A stretch of 64,000 nt of DNA, from contig CM030335.1 in assembly GCA_017654855.1 (NCBI GenBank), positions 248,001 through 312,000 on the forward strand, read 5' to 3'. The position numbers and the translations under genes were made by a program. Shown here one piece after another: positions 24,857 through 37,655 of the stretch (its first letter is position 1; each line of letters opens with the position of its first letter). A model generated the notes under the pieces. It was given only the letters and a program-made list of their open reading frames with translations, was not told the origin of the DNA and did not search any database. Source of the DNA: Podospora anserina. Its lineage: Eukaryota.

Positions 24857-26190
24857 ATGGCTGAGCAACTCATCCTCAAGGGCACCCTGGAGGGCCACGT
24901 AAGTCGTCCTTGCGACCTCGAATTCGCCCATTCTCGCTCGAGTTGGATGCTGACGATTTGCTACAGAATGGCTGGGTCACCAGCTTGGCCACCTCGATGG
25001 AGAAGTACGAAACCACGTCGAATCCGACCTCCTAACCGCGAGAACATGCGCTCACCAGTGAAACTAGCCCCAACATGCTCCTGTCGGCCTCCCGCGACAA
25101 GACCCTGATCATCTGGAACCTCACCCGCGATGAGACCCAGTACGGTTACCCCAAGCGGTCGCTCCACGGCCACTCTCACATCGTCTCCGACTGCGTACGT
25201 TAGATCAAGATCAGAATCAGAAGAAGGAGGGGCAGTGTGCTGATTGGCGTGGCAGGTTATCTCGTCGGATGGCGCTTATGCCCTCTCTGCCTCGTGGGAT
25301 AAGACTCTCCGTCTCTGGGAGCTCTCCTCCGGCACCACCACCCGCCGTTTCGTCGGCCACACCAACGACGTCCTGTCCGTCTCTTTCTCCGCCGACAACC
25401 GCCAGATCGTCTCCGGTTCCCGCGATCGCTCCATCAAGCTCTGGAACACCCTCGGTGACTGCAAGTTCACCATCACCGACAAGGGCCACTCCGACTGGGT
25501 TTCCTGCGTTCGCTTCTCCCCCAACCCCCAGAACCCCGTGATCGTCTCTGCCGGCTGGGACAAGCTCGTCAAGGTATGTGGGACTTGGACGTATTCGGCA
25601 GCTGTTGCGGCGATGATGCCTTGCAACCTAAAGTATTTGCTACTTCAGAGCCTCCGGGCCATGAGACAAACTATTTCACCATGCACTGAGCCGCAAGAGT
25701 TTGCAGACCATTTTTGAGGGAGTCCCGCAGAGAATTCCACGCTGACATGGCTTGTTTACAATAGGTTTGGGAGCTCTCCAGCTGCAAGCTCCAGACCGAC
25801 CACATCGGCCACACCGGCTACATCAACACCGTCACCATCTCGCCCGATGGATCCCTCTGCGCTTCCGGTGGCAAGGACGGCACCACCATGCTCTGGGATC
25901 TCAACGAGAGCAAGCACCTCTACTCCCTCAACGCCAACGACGAGATCCACGCCCTCGTCTTCTCCCCCAACCGCTACTGGCTCTGCGCTGCCACCTCCAG
26001 CAGCATCATCATCTTCGACCTCGAGAAGAAGAGCAAGGTTGATGAGCTCAAGCCCGACTTCGCCAACGTTGGCAAGAAGAGCCGCGAGCCCGAGTGCGTC
26101 TCCCTTGCGTGGAGCGCTGATGGCCAGACTCTGTTCGCTGGCTACACGGACAACATCATCCGTGCTTGGGGTGTCATGTCCCGCGCTTAA
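24857..26190 (+). CDS. cpc-2: RACK1/Asc1 WD40 ribosomal scaffold (cross-pathway control protein 2)
   Basis: Exons 24857-24898, 24967-25004, 25068-25194, 25256-25573, 25765-26190. [23 protein letters not shown]...[12 protein letters not shown]...[15 protein letters not shown]. Confidence 0.97.
25605..25696 (+). ncRNA. snR24: Box C/D snoRNA U24 (snR24) in the last intron of RACK1
   Basis: Terminal stem TTGCGGC/GCCGCAA; box C ATGATG (25613); guide TATTTGCTACT complementary to 25S AGUAGCAAAUA; D' CAGA; C' ATGAGA; box D CTGA (25686-25689). Yeast U24 is hosted in the ASC1 intron. Confidence 0.9.
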
Positions 26191-27774
26191 GTTGAATGGA
26201 ATGGTTAATGCTTGAGTGCCCGGGGATCAGTCGGGGCCGGCTGAGGGGGAGGAATGAGAGGTTGGTTTTATGGGTGGTTTGCTATAAAATCGGCCGCGCT
26301 GCCGCGTGGGGAGAAAATACCAGGAAGCGTCGCGATATATCGATGGGTTCCAACGGCTGGGAGGGGCGTACTTCGGAATGCTTGTCTTCGCTTTGGGTTC
26401 TCTTTCATGACACAGCATTTTTGCGAGGCAAAAGAGGGAGCAGGGAATAAAAAGAAATTTCTGTGCCTGTCACTGCTCTTGTCCTTGTCGCCGTGGCAGG
26501 CCTCGCGGCGGGGGAGCCCGGCTGCCGGGTGGCATAGATAATAGCAACCCCATGACCAACAACGAATCATGAAGTCAATTGTTTTGTGATGTGTATTTTT
26601 GTGTCCGTTTCAGCACTGATATCCACCTCTCTTGACACCCCAACTGTCTCATGTATTCTTTCTCTTCGTTTCCCTCTGAAATAGAACTGACTAGTTGTGT
26701 GTGTGTATGAAGTCACTTTTGCGAATCTCGAGGCCGGTAGACATCATGATATGCCAAAAACAGCAGTTAGGGTGTACTCGAGAGAAGTTTGATTTTTCCA
26801 CCGCCATAATCATTCCAACATGAATCTCCATATATTTTCGTCTTTCACTTGTTATGAAGTGTAAGTATAAAAATCTCACTGAGGGATGGACCGGTCAGCC
26901 GCTTTAGTTGCTATATGCCTAGCCCAACACGTCGCCAGTAGAGACTGCCACGAAGAATAAAGGCCTTTGAGGATAATCAGCAGGCCTCCAAGACAGTTCA
27001 CAGGCCTTGAATATTATTAAAACGGGGGTTAGAGAAGTCGATTTGCTCTACAGATACCATGACCGAGAGGGGGTTTCTGTTACCTTTCTATGGCCTATTG
27101 ATCATCCTTTACCGCATTCAACTTACCCAGACAGCAGTGCCCATTTCTATTTTGCTCACAACGTAAGAGACATGAGGCTTGTAGGGATCTACACCGTCCC
27201 AAAATGCAAAAGACAAGTTTTTGGGGAGCAGGAGGGACGATAGGAAAGTGATTTGAAAAAACAAAAATCAAGTATTAAGTTTTGTGGGTGAATAGCATAG
27301 AGTGGCTAAAGCTGGTTGGTATATTCTCTCTGGTTATCAACGGAGAGAGTTGTGATGGCTGCTACTGGCCCACACGGTTGGGGGTGTAGTTGGCTAAGTA
27401 CATTATCTGACATTTCTGATTTTCCCTTTTTCCTTTTCTCTTGATTCTTGGTTGGTTACCCGGTAGGTTGGCCGGGACGGGTGGGTGTTGATGTTGCTGG
27501 GTGGTGGTTACAGTATCGTCTTTGGAGGACGGACAAGGCAAAGGCAGCGGGTATCATTTCTTTCTTGGTGGTGCTGCGTAAGAAAGGAAAGAAAAGAAAG
27601 GAGATTTGGGTTGAGTGTGGTGATTGGTGTTGCTGGTGAAAGAAGAGGGTGGTTTGGGCTGGGGGTGTAGACAAGCTTCATTGATCGGGATGTCCAAGAC
27701 CAAGGATGGGCTGTCAAAAGGTGGAGAGAGCTGTTCATCAGTTGCAAACCCCGAATGATCTCGAACCCGGCAGA

Positions 27775-28124
27775 TTAGGCAGACGAGCGGTAGGGGTTGT
27801 AACAATGCCCACTCCCACTTCCACGACCAGCACCAGCACCAGCACCAGCACCGCCAGTACTCCAATGCCGACCATGACCACCCCCCATCTCATCAATCCC
27901 CTGTTCAGTAACTGTGCTCCCTCCCCCTTGCCGCTGCTCCTGCTGCTCCCGACCACCCCTCCCCCGTCCAATCTCCACCACCTGCGCCCTCCCAACCCCC
28001 ACAGCAGGCCGTCCACACCCAAAGCTGTGCTCAAAATCAAACTCAAACTCCTGACTAACCGGCCTCCCCTCCTCCGTCGCCTCGAGTTCATGAATCCCCC
28101 CCCTCACATTTGGATCCTCTCGCC

Positions 28125-28155
<31 letters not shown>

Positions 28156-29802
28156 ACCCCCCCCGGCGAAACCAACATAATCCTCCCTCGCCCCATAATA
28201 CTCGTCCAACCCACGCTGGTACTCAATCTCCTGAAGCCGGTCGTGGACCTCCCTGCTGTAGAAGGGGAACTGGGGGCCCGAGTTTGGGGGGAAGAGGCCG
28301 ATGGCGGGCTCGGAGTAGGACGGGAAGGGGTGGGTGCTGTGGGTTGACTGGTAGCTCTCGCGGGCGTTGGGACCAAGAGCCGGGGGGGAGAGGTGGGAGG
28401 GTTGGGTTTGGGATTTGCGGAGAGGGGAAAACGAGTTGCGGTTGGAGGTTAGGTTCTCGTTGGCGTAGGCGTGGATGAAGGGGGAAGAAGCCGGCCAGGG
28501 GGTGGGGGTGCTGGGTCTGCCTCCTTCGGGGGGAGGGGGAGGGTCGGGGTGGGAGATGTAGGGGATTGTGTTGTTGGAGGGGAAGGGATGGGGGGAGGTG
28601 TGGACGGATTGCTGCGGGATTGTGGAGGTGCCGGCTAGGGTGGTCAGGTCGCCGTCGGATGGGGAGAAGGGGAGGATGGGGTTGGAGGAGAGGGGACCCG
28701 GGATGGCGTGGCGCTCTGAGTGGACTGTGCCGAGGGAGTTGGTGTCGGTTGGCTTGGTATTCGGTTGGTTGACGCTGAGGACTGTGAAGGAGCTCCGTTT
28801 TTGCTCGGGCTCGGTCTCGGGGGCGTGGCGGCGGCGGTAGCACACAAAGGTGAGGGCGACCATGCCGAAGAAGAAGAGGAGCCCGAGCGGGATGCCGACG
28901 GCGAGGATGATGGTGGTCGTATTGGGTGAGTTGGGAGCCGTCACATTGGTAGGCGGCGTACCCATGGCCATGGTCGAGGTCGTGCTCGATGTGCTCGAGG
29001 TGCTTGAAGTGCTTGAGGTTTTGGCCAGGGGGATGGAGGTGACCGTTGAGAGAGCGGTTCCATGGATCTCTAGAGTCTCTGAGGCTATTCTCGCCACTCT
29101 GGTTAGCAAAGACCGGGCTACATGTTTGGGGTAAAAGACACAAAGTCAGAGACAGAGTCCACCGCGGCCGCACTTACCCATCATACCCCAAGCCTCAGCA
29201 ATATCGTATCCATCAAGTGAGGCCCCATCGTGATCGCACTTGGTAGGGTCAAGGGCATCATTGGAGCAGAACAAGGTCAAGTTGTCGGCACGATCTGAAT
29301 TGTCACACGACATGACCATGACCACGCCGTTGACTGCATTTGCGAAGGGCCTCGCATGATCAAGACATTTCTGCGGACAGCCGGGTGCCTTTTCCCACGC
29401 GTCTGGCTGCGCGGTACATCCCCCACGATACATTACCGCCACCGCGGTGTTTCCCTCGCCGCCTGTGTCTGTGTCTGCTACACCGCACAGATTGGCCTCT
29501 CCGAAGCATATATCACCCGACGAACAGCAGACCACTGAGTCATTGGGCGAGTATGTTTTGCCAGAGTCGAGACAGGGATAGAAGGGCCCGAGGCTACTTG
29601 AATCTCCCGAGGCTGCGGTGCCATCAGCCGGCGTGCCATCAGGCCAGTAGCAGCCTGTTTCTGACACCCTCTTAGCAGAGTCACTGGGGTGGTTATTGTT
29701 GGCAAACGTGGGGGCCGGGTCGTTGGCAAATGTCGGGGCTGGGTTGAAGCGAGCGACTGGGTTGGATTCCTCACAAGAGGAAATGTTTGAGAAGACGGCC
29801 AT
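27775..29802 (-). CDS. Single-pass membrane protein with Cys-rich ectodomain, Ser/Thr stalk and Pro/His/Gly-rich tail
   Basis: Two track ORFs join in frame across an intron at 29118-29177 (GTAAGT..TAG). CYWPDG..CC..GD.C...NLC...YRGGCT..W..CP..C ectodomain; TM IILAVGIPLGLLFFFGMVALTFVCY followed by RRRH. Confidence 0.72.
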
Positions 29803-30449
29803 CTTTTGTTTCGTGGGTGGCTTGCAGGTAATTCAACCGCCGAAATTGAGGTCAGCATCGAATTGCCAATTCCTGAGCAACAAGGTCGATGTAATGACTT
29901 GCAGCGATCAGGCCTCAGCCGTGTAGGGACGAAGGGTCGAAAGTAGGTGGTCAAGTATATGATGAGCCTTGCCCGCTCTGGCTATGTACCACGGCCGTAA
30001 CCAAACCACGCGGCGGTGAGTTGCGGACGGTGCTAGACGTTGTGGTCGAGTTTGCAGAACCTTTGAAAAGGAATTCTGTGGCGGTGCGTTGCAAAACGGT
30101 GTGATGGTTGGAGAAAAAGAAGAAAAAGAAGAAAGTGCAAAGTCGCAACGGACGACAAGTAAATGGCAGAGAAGAGGTGGGGGGAGCAGGCCTATAATTA
30201 CCAGTGGGCAAAAATTTGTTTGAATAGGTAAGGTAGTGAGAGGAAAGTCGCAGAGCAGAACTGGCCTATTGTGAGAGTCGCCTGAACAGGCACGCTGTGA
30301 GCAAAAAGGTACCTCGCACACAATAAACAAGCACGCAGAGATGGGATGAACCGTAGGTGGGAGCAGCTGCAATTCACAGTCGCTCATCTCCGCCAAGCAC
30401 TCTTGTTGAGATTTGTTCATCGTCCTCCTACTGTCCCAAATGCGCCATC

Positions 30450-30992
30450 CTATTTCATTTGGTCTTTGCTGCTCCCGCCTTTTTCATCACCACGCTGCTC
30501 CTCAACGACCTTTACTCTCGCATCGGATATCTGTGAGGACAGCTGAGATGACTCCTTCGACACCGTCGACACCGACACCGCGGGAGTAACCTCCACCCCA
30601 TCCGTCACCCCATCTCGTTCTTCTTGCTCCGCACGAAGCCTCTGGGCTCTCTTCCATTGGTAGATCACCCCACTCAAGAATATCACCAGCGCCAACCCAA
30701 AGATTGCATCCAAACCCACCGCTATCGTCACCCCGTTTGTAGTGAACAGCGCATTGGTTTCGCGGGTTATCTGTGTGCTCTCCACCGGTAGCGCTGGTGT
30801 TGTTGCAGTAAGTGACGATGCCGAGGTCTGATTTTTGTATACTCGTTGTATCGCATGCCGTGATAATATGGTCTCATCATGGTGATGTTGGGGTTGTTGA
30901 CATAATGTCCCTCGACGACCACAGCCGTCTGATTCATTGTTCGCCAGCCCTGCCTTGGCGAAAATCCCGTGTCGAAGGCGGATAACCCCCAT
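30450..30992 (-). CDS. Hypothetical small single-TM protein
   Basis: cacaATG at 30992, 180 aa; hydrophobic IAVGLDAIFGLALVIFLSGVIY followed by basic WKR. Confidence 0.5.
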   Translation of the reverse strand: MGVIRLRHGIFAKAGLANNESDGCGRRGTLCQQPQHHHDETILSRHAIQRVYKNQTSASSLTATTPALPVESTQITRETNALFTTNGVTIAVGLDAIFGLALVIFLSGVIYQWKRAQRLRAEQEERDGVTDGVEVTPAVSVSTVSKESSQLSSQISDARVKVVEEQRGDEKGGSSKDQMK

Positions 30993-31921
30993 TGTGCTTT
31001 TCGTTCCTTTTCCCCTTCCAGAAGCCAAAAGCTGTTGTTGAAATCGGAGGCTTGGCGGTTGTGTTTTTTGTTTTGAATATCAGGGGCAAAATCAGGGGTA
31101 GACCCACTGTCGACAGCAACCACGAAGTAAAAAGCAGGTCAGGAAAAGAGAACAGGAAAAGGAACAAAATATCATCAGGGAATACACATGGATTTTGAAT
31201 CTTCGTCAACATGTTATTTCAATTTCTAGGCCAGCGCTGACTTGCACAAAGTGACCTACCGCATCGGACCAGGACGGTACCACCGGTAGCATGCTAGAAA
31301 TTGTCACCAGGTCTGAACCTTTTCGGTCAGGTTCTTCTCCGAGTCTGTGCCACCCTTCCCCGTGCTGTCACTGACGTGGCCGGAGAATTTATTGGGTGTT
31401 ATTGGCCACTCCGACATTTTCCGCGTGTTTGCCTCACCTGTCAGCACGGCTTCATTGTGTTTGTAACAGTTCGATCAGGTCGATGCCGTTCTTGATTACG
31501 TGCAAAGTTCAGATCTCATCGACTCGCTCAAAATAGACCTGTTCCTGGCAGATGGACTGACACACAACATTTACACAACAGTCACATTCGAACAGTTCAT
31601 GTGTTGTGTGAGCGTCAGTGTAGCCATCGACGAGAAGCCCCGTCGAACAGCGCAAGAGTTGAAATTCAAATTGCGAGAAGCTTTTCCAAGCCGGGTATCT
31701 GTTCGAAAGACTGCGCGCCCTAAAAAGCACATGCTCAAACACGCTCCCTGAAAATAACTCGCTGCGCTCGAAGCAAATCTAGCCAGAACACCTCCCAGAT
31801 GTGACAGATCTTCCCCCGCATATTCCCACAACAAATAACAGAAAAGAGAGTCTATGTTACAGGCCCCCCACATGTCATACACCTCCTCTTGGAAGCCCTA
31901 AAAGACAACCACTGCTGACTG

Positions 31922-33112
31922 TTAAACCACAGCCTTCTTCTTAAGCCCGTTCTGCAACACCGCCTCCACGAACACCAAACTCTCCGGCCTTTCCCCAGCA
32001 GCAGCACCACCCTCCACCATTTCCCGTCCCCGACTCCTACTCCGACTCTGACCCCGACTATTATTCATCACCCCCTCCCCTCCATGACTCTGCCCCTCTG
32101 AATCCCCACCCCCAAAAACCTCCTCCTCCTTATTCACCACCACCGGCCCCCTCCCATAATCCCCCGGCCCTGAACTCCCATCCGGCACATGGAACCTCTT
32201 ATCAAACCTCGCCACCGCATACCCATACACCACCACCAACTCAATCCCAAAGTTGAAGCAGTAAAACGCCGGCTTGGAATGATACCAAGCCGGATCCGTC
32301 ACCAACCTCGGCACAAACCCAATCCCCGCCCTAAACGCCGCCCCCAACGTCAACAAAAGCGACGATCCCACCAGCAAGAAAATCTTGCTCCTCATCCTCC
32401 CCTGCCCAAACTTGTCCACCTTGTTGTTCCCGCCCCCGCCCGGCCAAAACACGGCCCCAGCAACGACCACCACCGGTGAAACCGCCAGCACAGCCATATA
32501 CACCCCCGCAAAAAGCTGCACCTCCCTCGTCTTTTGCCTGACCCCAAGGTCAGAACTCATCATCCCGACAACAGTAGCCGTGACAACCATCACCAAAACA
32601 GCAACCACACTCCCAAACAATCCCTTCCACGCCCACCCGAGGGTCTTGTTCCACCCTATCCGGGGCCTGTATGCCCTCAAGACCCGCTGCGCAAAGACGA
32701 GGTTGACAATGTACAGCAGCAGGACGCCGGCGGCGACAAAGATGGTGGCTGCCAGGGCGATGCCGGTGTTGGTCGGGCGGGTGGCCCAGACGATGCGCAT
32801 GACGAGGGAGGCGATGCGGGCCATGCAGAAGCCGAAGAGGAGGGCGGAGAAGAGGAACTTGTGGGAGCGGCGGCGGTTGAGTTGGAAGATAGTCATGTGG
32901 GTTGTTGCGGCGAGGATGAAGAGGAGGAGGAGGGAGGAGGAGATGGGGATGTCGAGGGGGGGCGTGGGGGTTAGGCCTAGCTGGGCTGGGGGGACGGGGG
33001 GCTGAGGAATAGGTTAGCTGGTGGGAGTGTAGCAGGGGAAAGGGCGAAATCATACAGATGGTTGGGTGGTTGGCATGACGACTTGTCGTTGTGGAAGGGG
33101 TATCAGCGGCAT
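31922..33112 (-). CDS. Multi-pass membrane protein, DUF3112/RTA1-like
   Basis: Exons 33112-33056 and 33001-31922 (intron GTATGA..GCTAAC..CAG). Motifs HMTIFQLNRRRSHKF, FCMARI, WYHSKPAFYCFNF and RFDKRFHVPDGSSGPGDY. Confidence 0.8.
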
Positions 33113-34373
33113 TGTTTGTGAGGGTTTGGTCGGCGTGGTTTGTGTGTTTGTACTCGGGATGTGGAAAGTCGTAACCTATCGGGAATTGTCTTTGGGCCGC
33201 AAGTGGCGACTTTTTTTTTTTTCGTGTTAATAAAAGAAGAATCGTCGGCCAGTGAGGAAACAGCTGGTGAAAGTCGACAGTCAGGCCGTAAACCGGATAC
33301 CGCACCCGTGATACAGCAATATAGCTTGCCTGATGCTGTGGTAGCAAATGACAGCGTACGCTAATGTTTGCTAACGTCGCGGGTGTAATAAAAGTACAGT
33401 AAACTGTGCTGCGGTGTGTGCTCTGTCAGTTCTGGTGTGATGTGATGAAACGAAATGGTAGAGTCGCAGTTGCAGCAGGTGATATATGTCAGTTGCCTAG
33501 CTGTAGAAACTGGAGTAGTAGTGGTGGTCTGGCGGTCATCTGCAATGTAATCGGATCAATCAATCTGGAACAACTGACTGACACCAGATGAGTGACCTTC
33601 AACCGTTGACAACGTGGGCGTTGTGAAACATTCGACGGCGGCGCCAGCTAAAGAGAGTAAAAATTCACTTGGGACGGGAGATGGGATGGTCTGACACTTA
33701 ATCTCATGACAGCTCGGTCGGGCTGTGGGAGGGCATTGTTTTCTTCTTTTCATTAGGTGACATGTTGGAACTTCACACCTACAACTATCCAACCTCGTCC
33801 GTCCGGTCCACGCTCATCCGGGCCTCAGCTTGTCTGGATTTGGAAAAAGGGTCATGAAAAAGGAGCCACGAAAGTACTGGCAGGCTCTTGGACGTCGGTG
33901 ACAAAAAGCACCGCCGCACCGGCGCCCGCCAACTACACCAAACTCGATTGGTCTAAGTCCGGCCTATAAGCCGGAGCTTGGGAAGCGCGAGCGCCGATGG
34001 CCACCGTTGCCAAGCCCCGATTCACCGACGTCTCGGCGGAACACTGTCATCCTGTTTGTTTAAAATATCGATGACAGGACAAGCCACTTTAACTCCAAGA
34101 GCCAACCAACAAGCCATATATTACGCTTCGCCCATAAGATGCATGTGGGATATTGGTCATCACAGCAAGCCACAAACCCGGTTTTTCTTTCTTCGGGTTA
34201 AGCAACACAAAATATGTTTTACTAGGGATGTGATTAACTCCGGCATAACCGCGAGCCATCATCAGAGAAAAGTCCAGAACGCCGTGTTCCTGTTACACCA
34301 AACAATCCTGGTGAAACCACAAAGACCCCCGTCATGTCATACCGCATGAAAATCCCACCGCTCTTCCGCCGCG

Positions 34374-35535
34374 TCACGGCAGCTCGTGGCTGAACGTCCG
34401 TTTGGGTGGCTGGTATCGAGGCTGACCCGGGTATACATTGTCCTGCTGAGAGGCAGCCGCAGTTTCCATCACATTTGGTATTTTTGGCTGGCGGAAGTAG
34501 TCGTCATTTCGGCTTGACAGGGAACCCTGCTGAGTTGCTGAAGGGTAAGGAGCAAACGGGTAGTAGTTGTTGTCTGGCTTTTGGATGCTGGGGTCCAGCG
34601 GAGGAGGGGTTTCGGCCCGGATGGGCGCTTCCCGCTGTCGCTTGCGGATGTAAAAGAAGACGAGAAACCCTCCCGCGATGGTAACTGCGAGACCGACTCC
34701 TATGCCAACGCCGACGGGTACGGCGCTGTTGTCCTGCTGGGGCTCTTCCGATGAGGGTGGGGGTGGTGCAGCAGTTGACTCTACTGAAGCCGTCGACTCT
34801 CCTGAAGCTGTCGAAACCGAGATATTAGACGTGCCGGTCGGCTCAGCCACGGTTGTGGTGACAGGGACATCAGAGGTGTCCGGCGCCGGTCGGGTAGCTG
34901 TATGAGCCAGGGACGTGTCGGCCGTGTCCTGGGATGTCTTTACCGGATCACCTTTGCCCTCAGTCTCAGAGGACTTCGAAGCGGACGTCGAATCTTTGAC
35001 TGACGTGCTCGGGGATGGCAGTGGGCTGGCGGTGCCGAGGAAGTTCTCTAAGCCACCTACAAATGTCAGGGTTAGCACAGCAGGACACGATACTCGGGCT
35101 CGACAACTCACCATCAAAGGTTACGGAGCTGTCGCAATGGTCAGGAGGACCGTCGGGAAAAGCCTCTTGACAGACAAAGCCTGTGTCCGGATTCGAAGTA
35201 TTGCAGGGGTACATTCCAGCTACCCTAGCGGGTTTGCAAAGTATGGGTGGGCAGTCATAGAGACTCTTTCCCTTCCAGTCTTTGATGGTGCAGCCGCCGC
35301 GGTAGTAGTGCTTATCACCGTCCTTTTTCTCACGTAGGCAGAGCGAGTTGACCATGCACCTGTCCCCTGGCATACAGCACAGGGTGCTCTCGATCTTGGG
35401 ATTTGCGTCGTTGCTGCATCGCGTAAGTTCAGTCGTTTTCTCCCGGTTCATGTAGTAGCAGTCCGCCGAGATTGAAATTTTGACCGAGATGACGAGAAGA
35501 AGCAGGAAGAGAAGCTGCCGGGGCAGCGTGGCCAT
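34374..35535 (-). CDS. Signal-peptide, Cys-rich ectodomain, single-pass membrane protein
   Basis: Intron 35057-35111 joins the ORFs in frame. Signal peptide; CYY..C..CC.PGD.C..N.LC..YYRGGCT..W..CP..C; S/T stalk; TM VGVGIGVGLAVTIAGGFLVFFYI followed by RKR; C-terminal HELP. Confidence 0.8.
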
Positions 35536-36485
35536 AATCATGGTGATCGTATTGGGTCGTCGAGTTGGTATGGCTAGGGGAGAGGAGGGTATGCCATCAA
35601 CTAGTGGCCAGTCGATAGTGTGGTCGATACTGTTTGATGGAAACTGTGGTGCCGAGATTGGTACCCTAGTTGCGGATTAAAAACAGGACGACGAGGCTCT
35701 CGCCTTCAACACAGACTTGCTTTGGCAACCACTGCGCAGAGGTTGCGGGCAGAGTGCCCACCAGACTCGCTGGAGCAGGCCGAGGCCAGCAGAGGAAGAA
35801 ACCCAGTGGTTGCCCATGCTCGCAATACACAGGAGAGCACAGAAATCCCGCCCTTCATGCCATCATGCAATTTCATGAGGTCTGGTCTGACCTGTATCAC
35901 TTATGACCCGTCGTGTGTTCTCGGTGTTGCTGGTCAGCCTGGCAGATGACTTATGGACCGATCAACCTCAGCTCCTCGTTATTGTCCGGTGAGCTAAAGG
36001 ATCACATGGAAGCCATATTTGTGGGCTTCAGAAGAGAGATATCCATCACTTTGAGCCCGCCCTGGGGGACTGCACTTGCCAGCTCCCTCTTTACCTAGCT
36101 GTTCCACCAAACAATTTCCTTGGTGTTGGTGTGAGAACTTCACGTCTCCTGTTGAGCAACTATGCAGCCTGTGGCAGCCCGGCTCACTTGAAGCCTCAAA
36201 ACCAGACACAACAGCAATAACATCACCATCAAGAAAAGCACCAATCCAAAGCTGGGATGAGAAGTTGGAGCAAATAATTGTGGTTCCTTGCAGAAGACAT
36301 GGAAGGAGAATCGGACCAAAGTTGGGGGAAGTTGTTGACGGTGTGACCCAATCAGGACCAGCCCCACCTCCCCCGGAATTTGCCGACCGAGATTTTTTGA
36401 ACCTCCAATTCAACGTCCCACCTTGCAGCGACGACGACGACGACGACGACGACCGCCGCCAGTCCATGCCCACCCCATTGCCGCC

Positions 36486-37655
36486 ATGAGCCTCAGCATG
36501 CCAACGCGGCGGCTCGTCCGGGGAGGTCCGTCCTCCCTTTCCCCGTCCCGTTCCTCCTCTGGTTGACTAACAAACCAACAGCCACCTCCCCCACGACCAC
36601 CACCCTCGCCCTCCAACAGCCCTCCCGCTCCCTCTCAACATCCCCCTCCCGCCCCTGGTTCTGGTCCAAAAAGGAACCCTCCTCCCCCACCAACCTCAAA
36701 GACGCCATCACCACCGGCACCGCCGAAGCCCGCAAGTCCCTCATCTCCAAACTCCAATCCCGCTCCGAAGCCCCTGCCATCTTCGAAGACGAAGTCGCCC
36801 CCCAACAGCAAGCCGTCACCGAAAAGGAAGCCGCCGTCCTCTCAGGCGACCAGAAATCCTCCGCCACCAGCGGGCCCCTCACCGCCAACCAAAAAGCCGC
36901 CCAGCCAAAGACCTTCACCCGCCTAGGCGGCTCCCTGGTAAAAGAAGCCCTCGCCCGCAGCGTCGACCCGGACCCGCAAGCCCGCGTCCGCTGGGAACGC
37001 AAGATCGCCATCCGCCAGGTGAAAAACGGCACCGACGCCTACAGCCTCGAGCCGCGGCTCGCCCGCATCGCGAGGACGGAGCGCAGCCTCCATTCCAAGT
37101 CCCCCTGGCTGCCCACCTCTGTCAAGAAGCTTGTCCACCTGGCCAGGCAGATCCAGGGGAAGAACGTGGAGGATGCGCTGGTGCAGATGAAGTTTTCCAA
37201 GAAGAAGATGGCTGCCGAGGTGACCACCCAGCTCAAGATGGCGCGCGATTTGGCCATTGCCGAGAGGGGGATGGGTCTGGGACAGGGACAGGAGGGCAAG
37301 ATGGAGATTCAGAGAAAGGACGGCAAGTGGATGACGGTGGGGGATCGGTCAAAGATGTATGTTGCCGAGGCGTGGGTCAACAAGGGCCCCGTGAGGGCCA
37401 AGAACCCGGATTATCGGGCCAGGGGGAGGATGTTTTTGAAGGAGTCGCCTTCTACCAGTGAGTTTTTGCCCTGCCTTGTTGGTGCTGTGAATGCATGGTT
37501 CTAACGTGGGAATAGGTCTCAGTGTCGTTCTCAAGGAACACAAGACGCTCGTGCGGGAGCACCAGGAGAGGGAGCACAGGAGGAAAAAGCAAGGGCCTTG
37601 GGTTCACCTGCCTGACAGGCCGATTACCGCCCAGAGGGCGCATTACTCTTGGTAA
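36486..37655 (+). CDS. MRPL22: Mitochondrial ribosomal protein L22 (uL22m)
   Basis: Exons 36486-36525, 36582-37457, 37516-37655. TSVKKLVHLARQIQGKNVEDALVQMKFSKKK, MYVAEAWVNKG, PWVHLPDRPIT. Confidence 0.9.

Noticed and set aside
27290..27406. Hairpins with an ANANNA box and terminal ACA (H/ACA-like)
   Set aside because: The H-to-ACA spacing is too long and no pseudouridylation pocket could be identified.
27775..28000. Gly-rich C-terminus as a possible HET-s-like amyloid motif
   Set aside because: No twofold pseudo-repeat with an Asn/Gly ladder; better explained by 3' G-rich skew and microsatellites.
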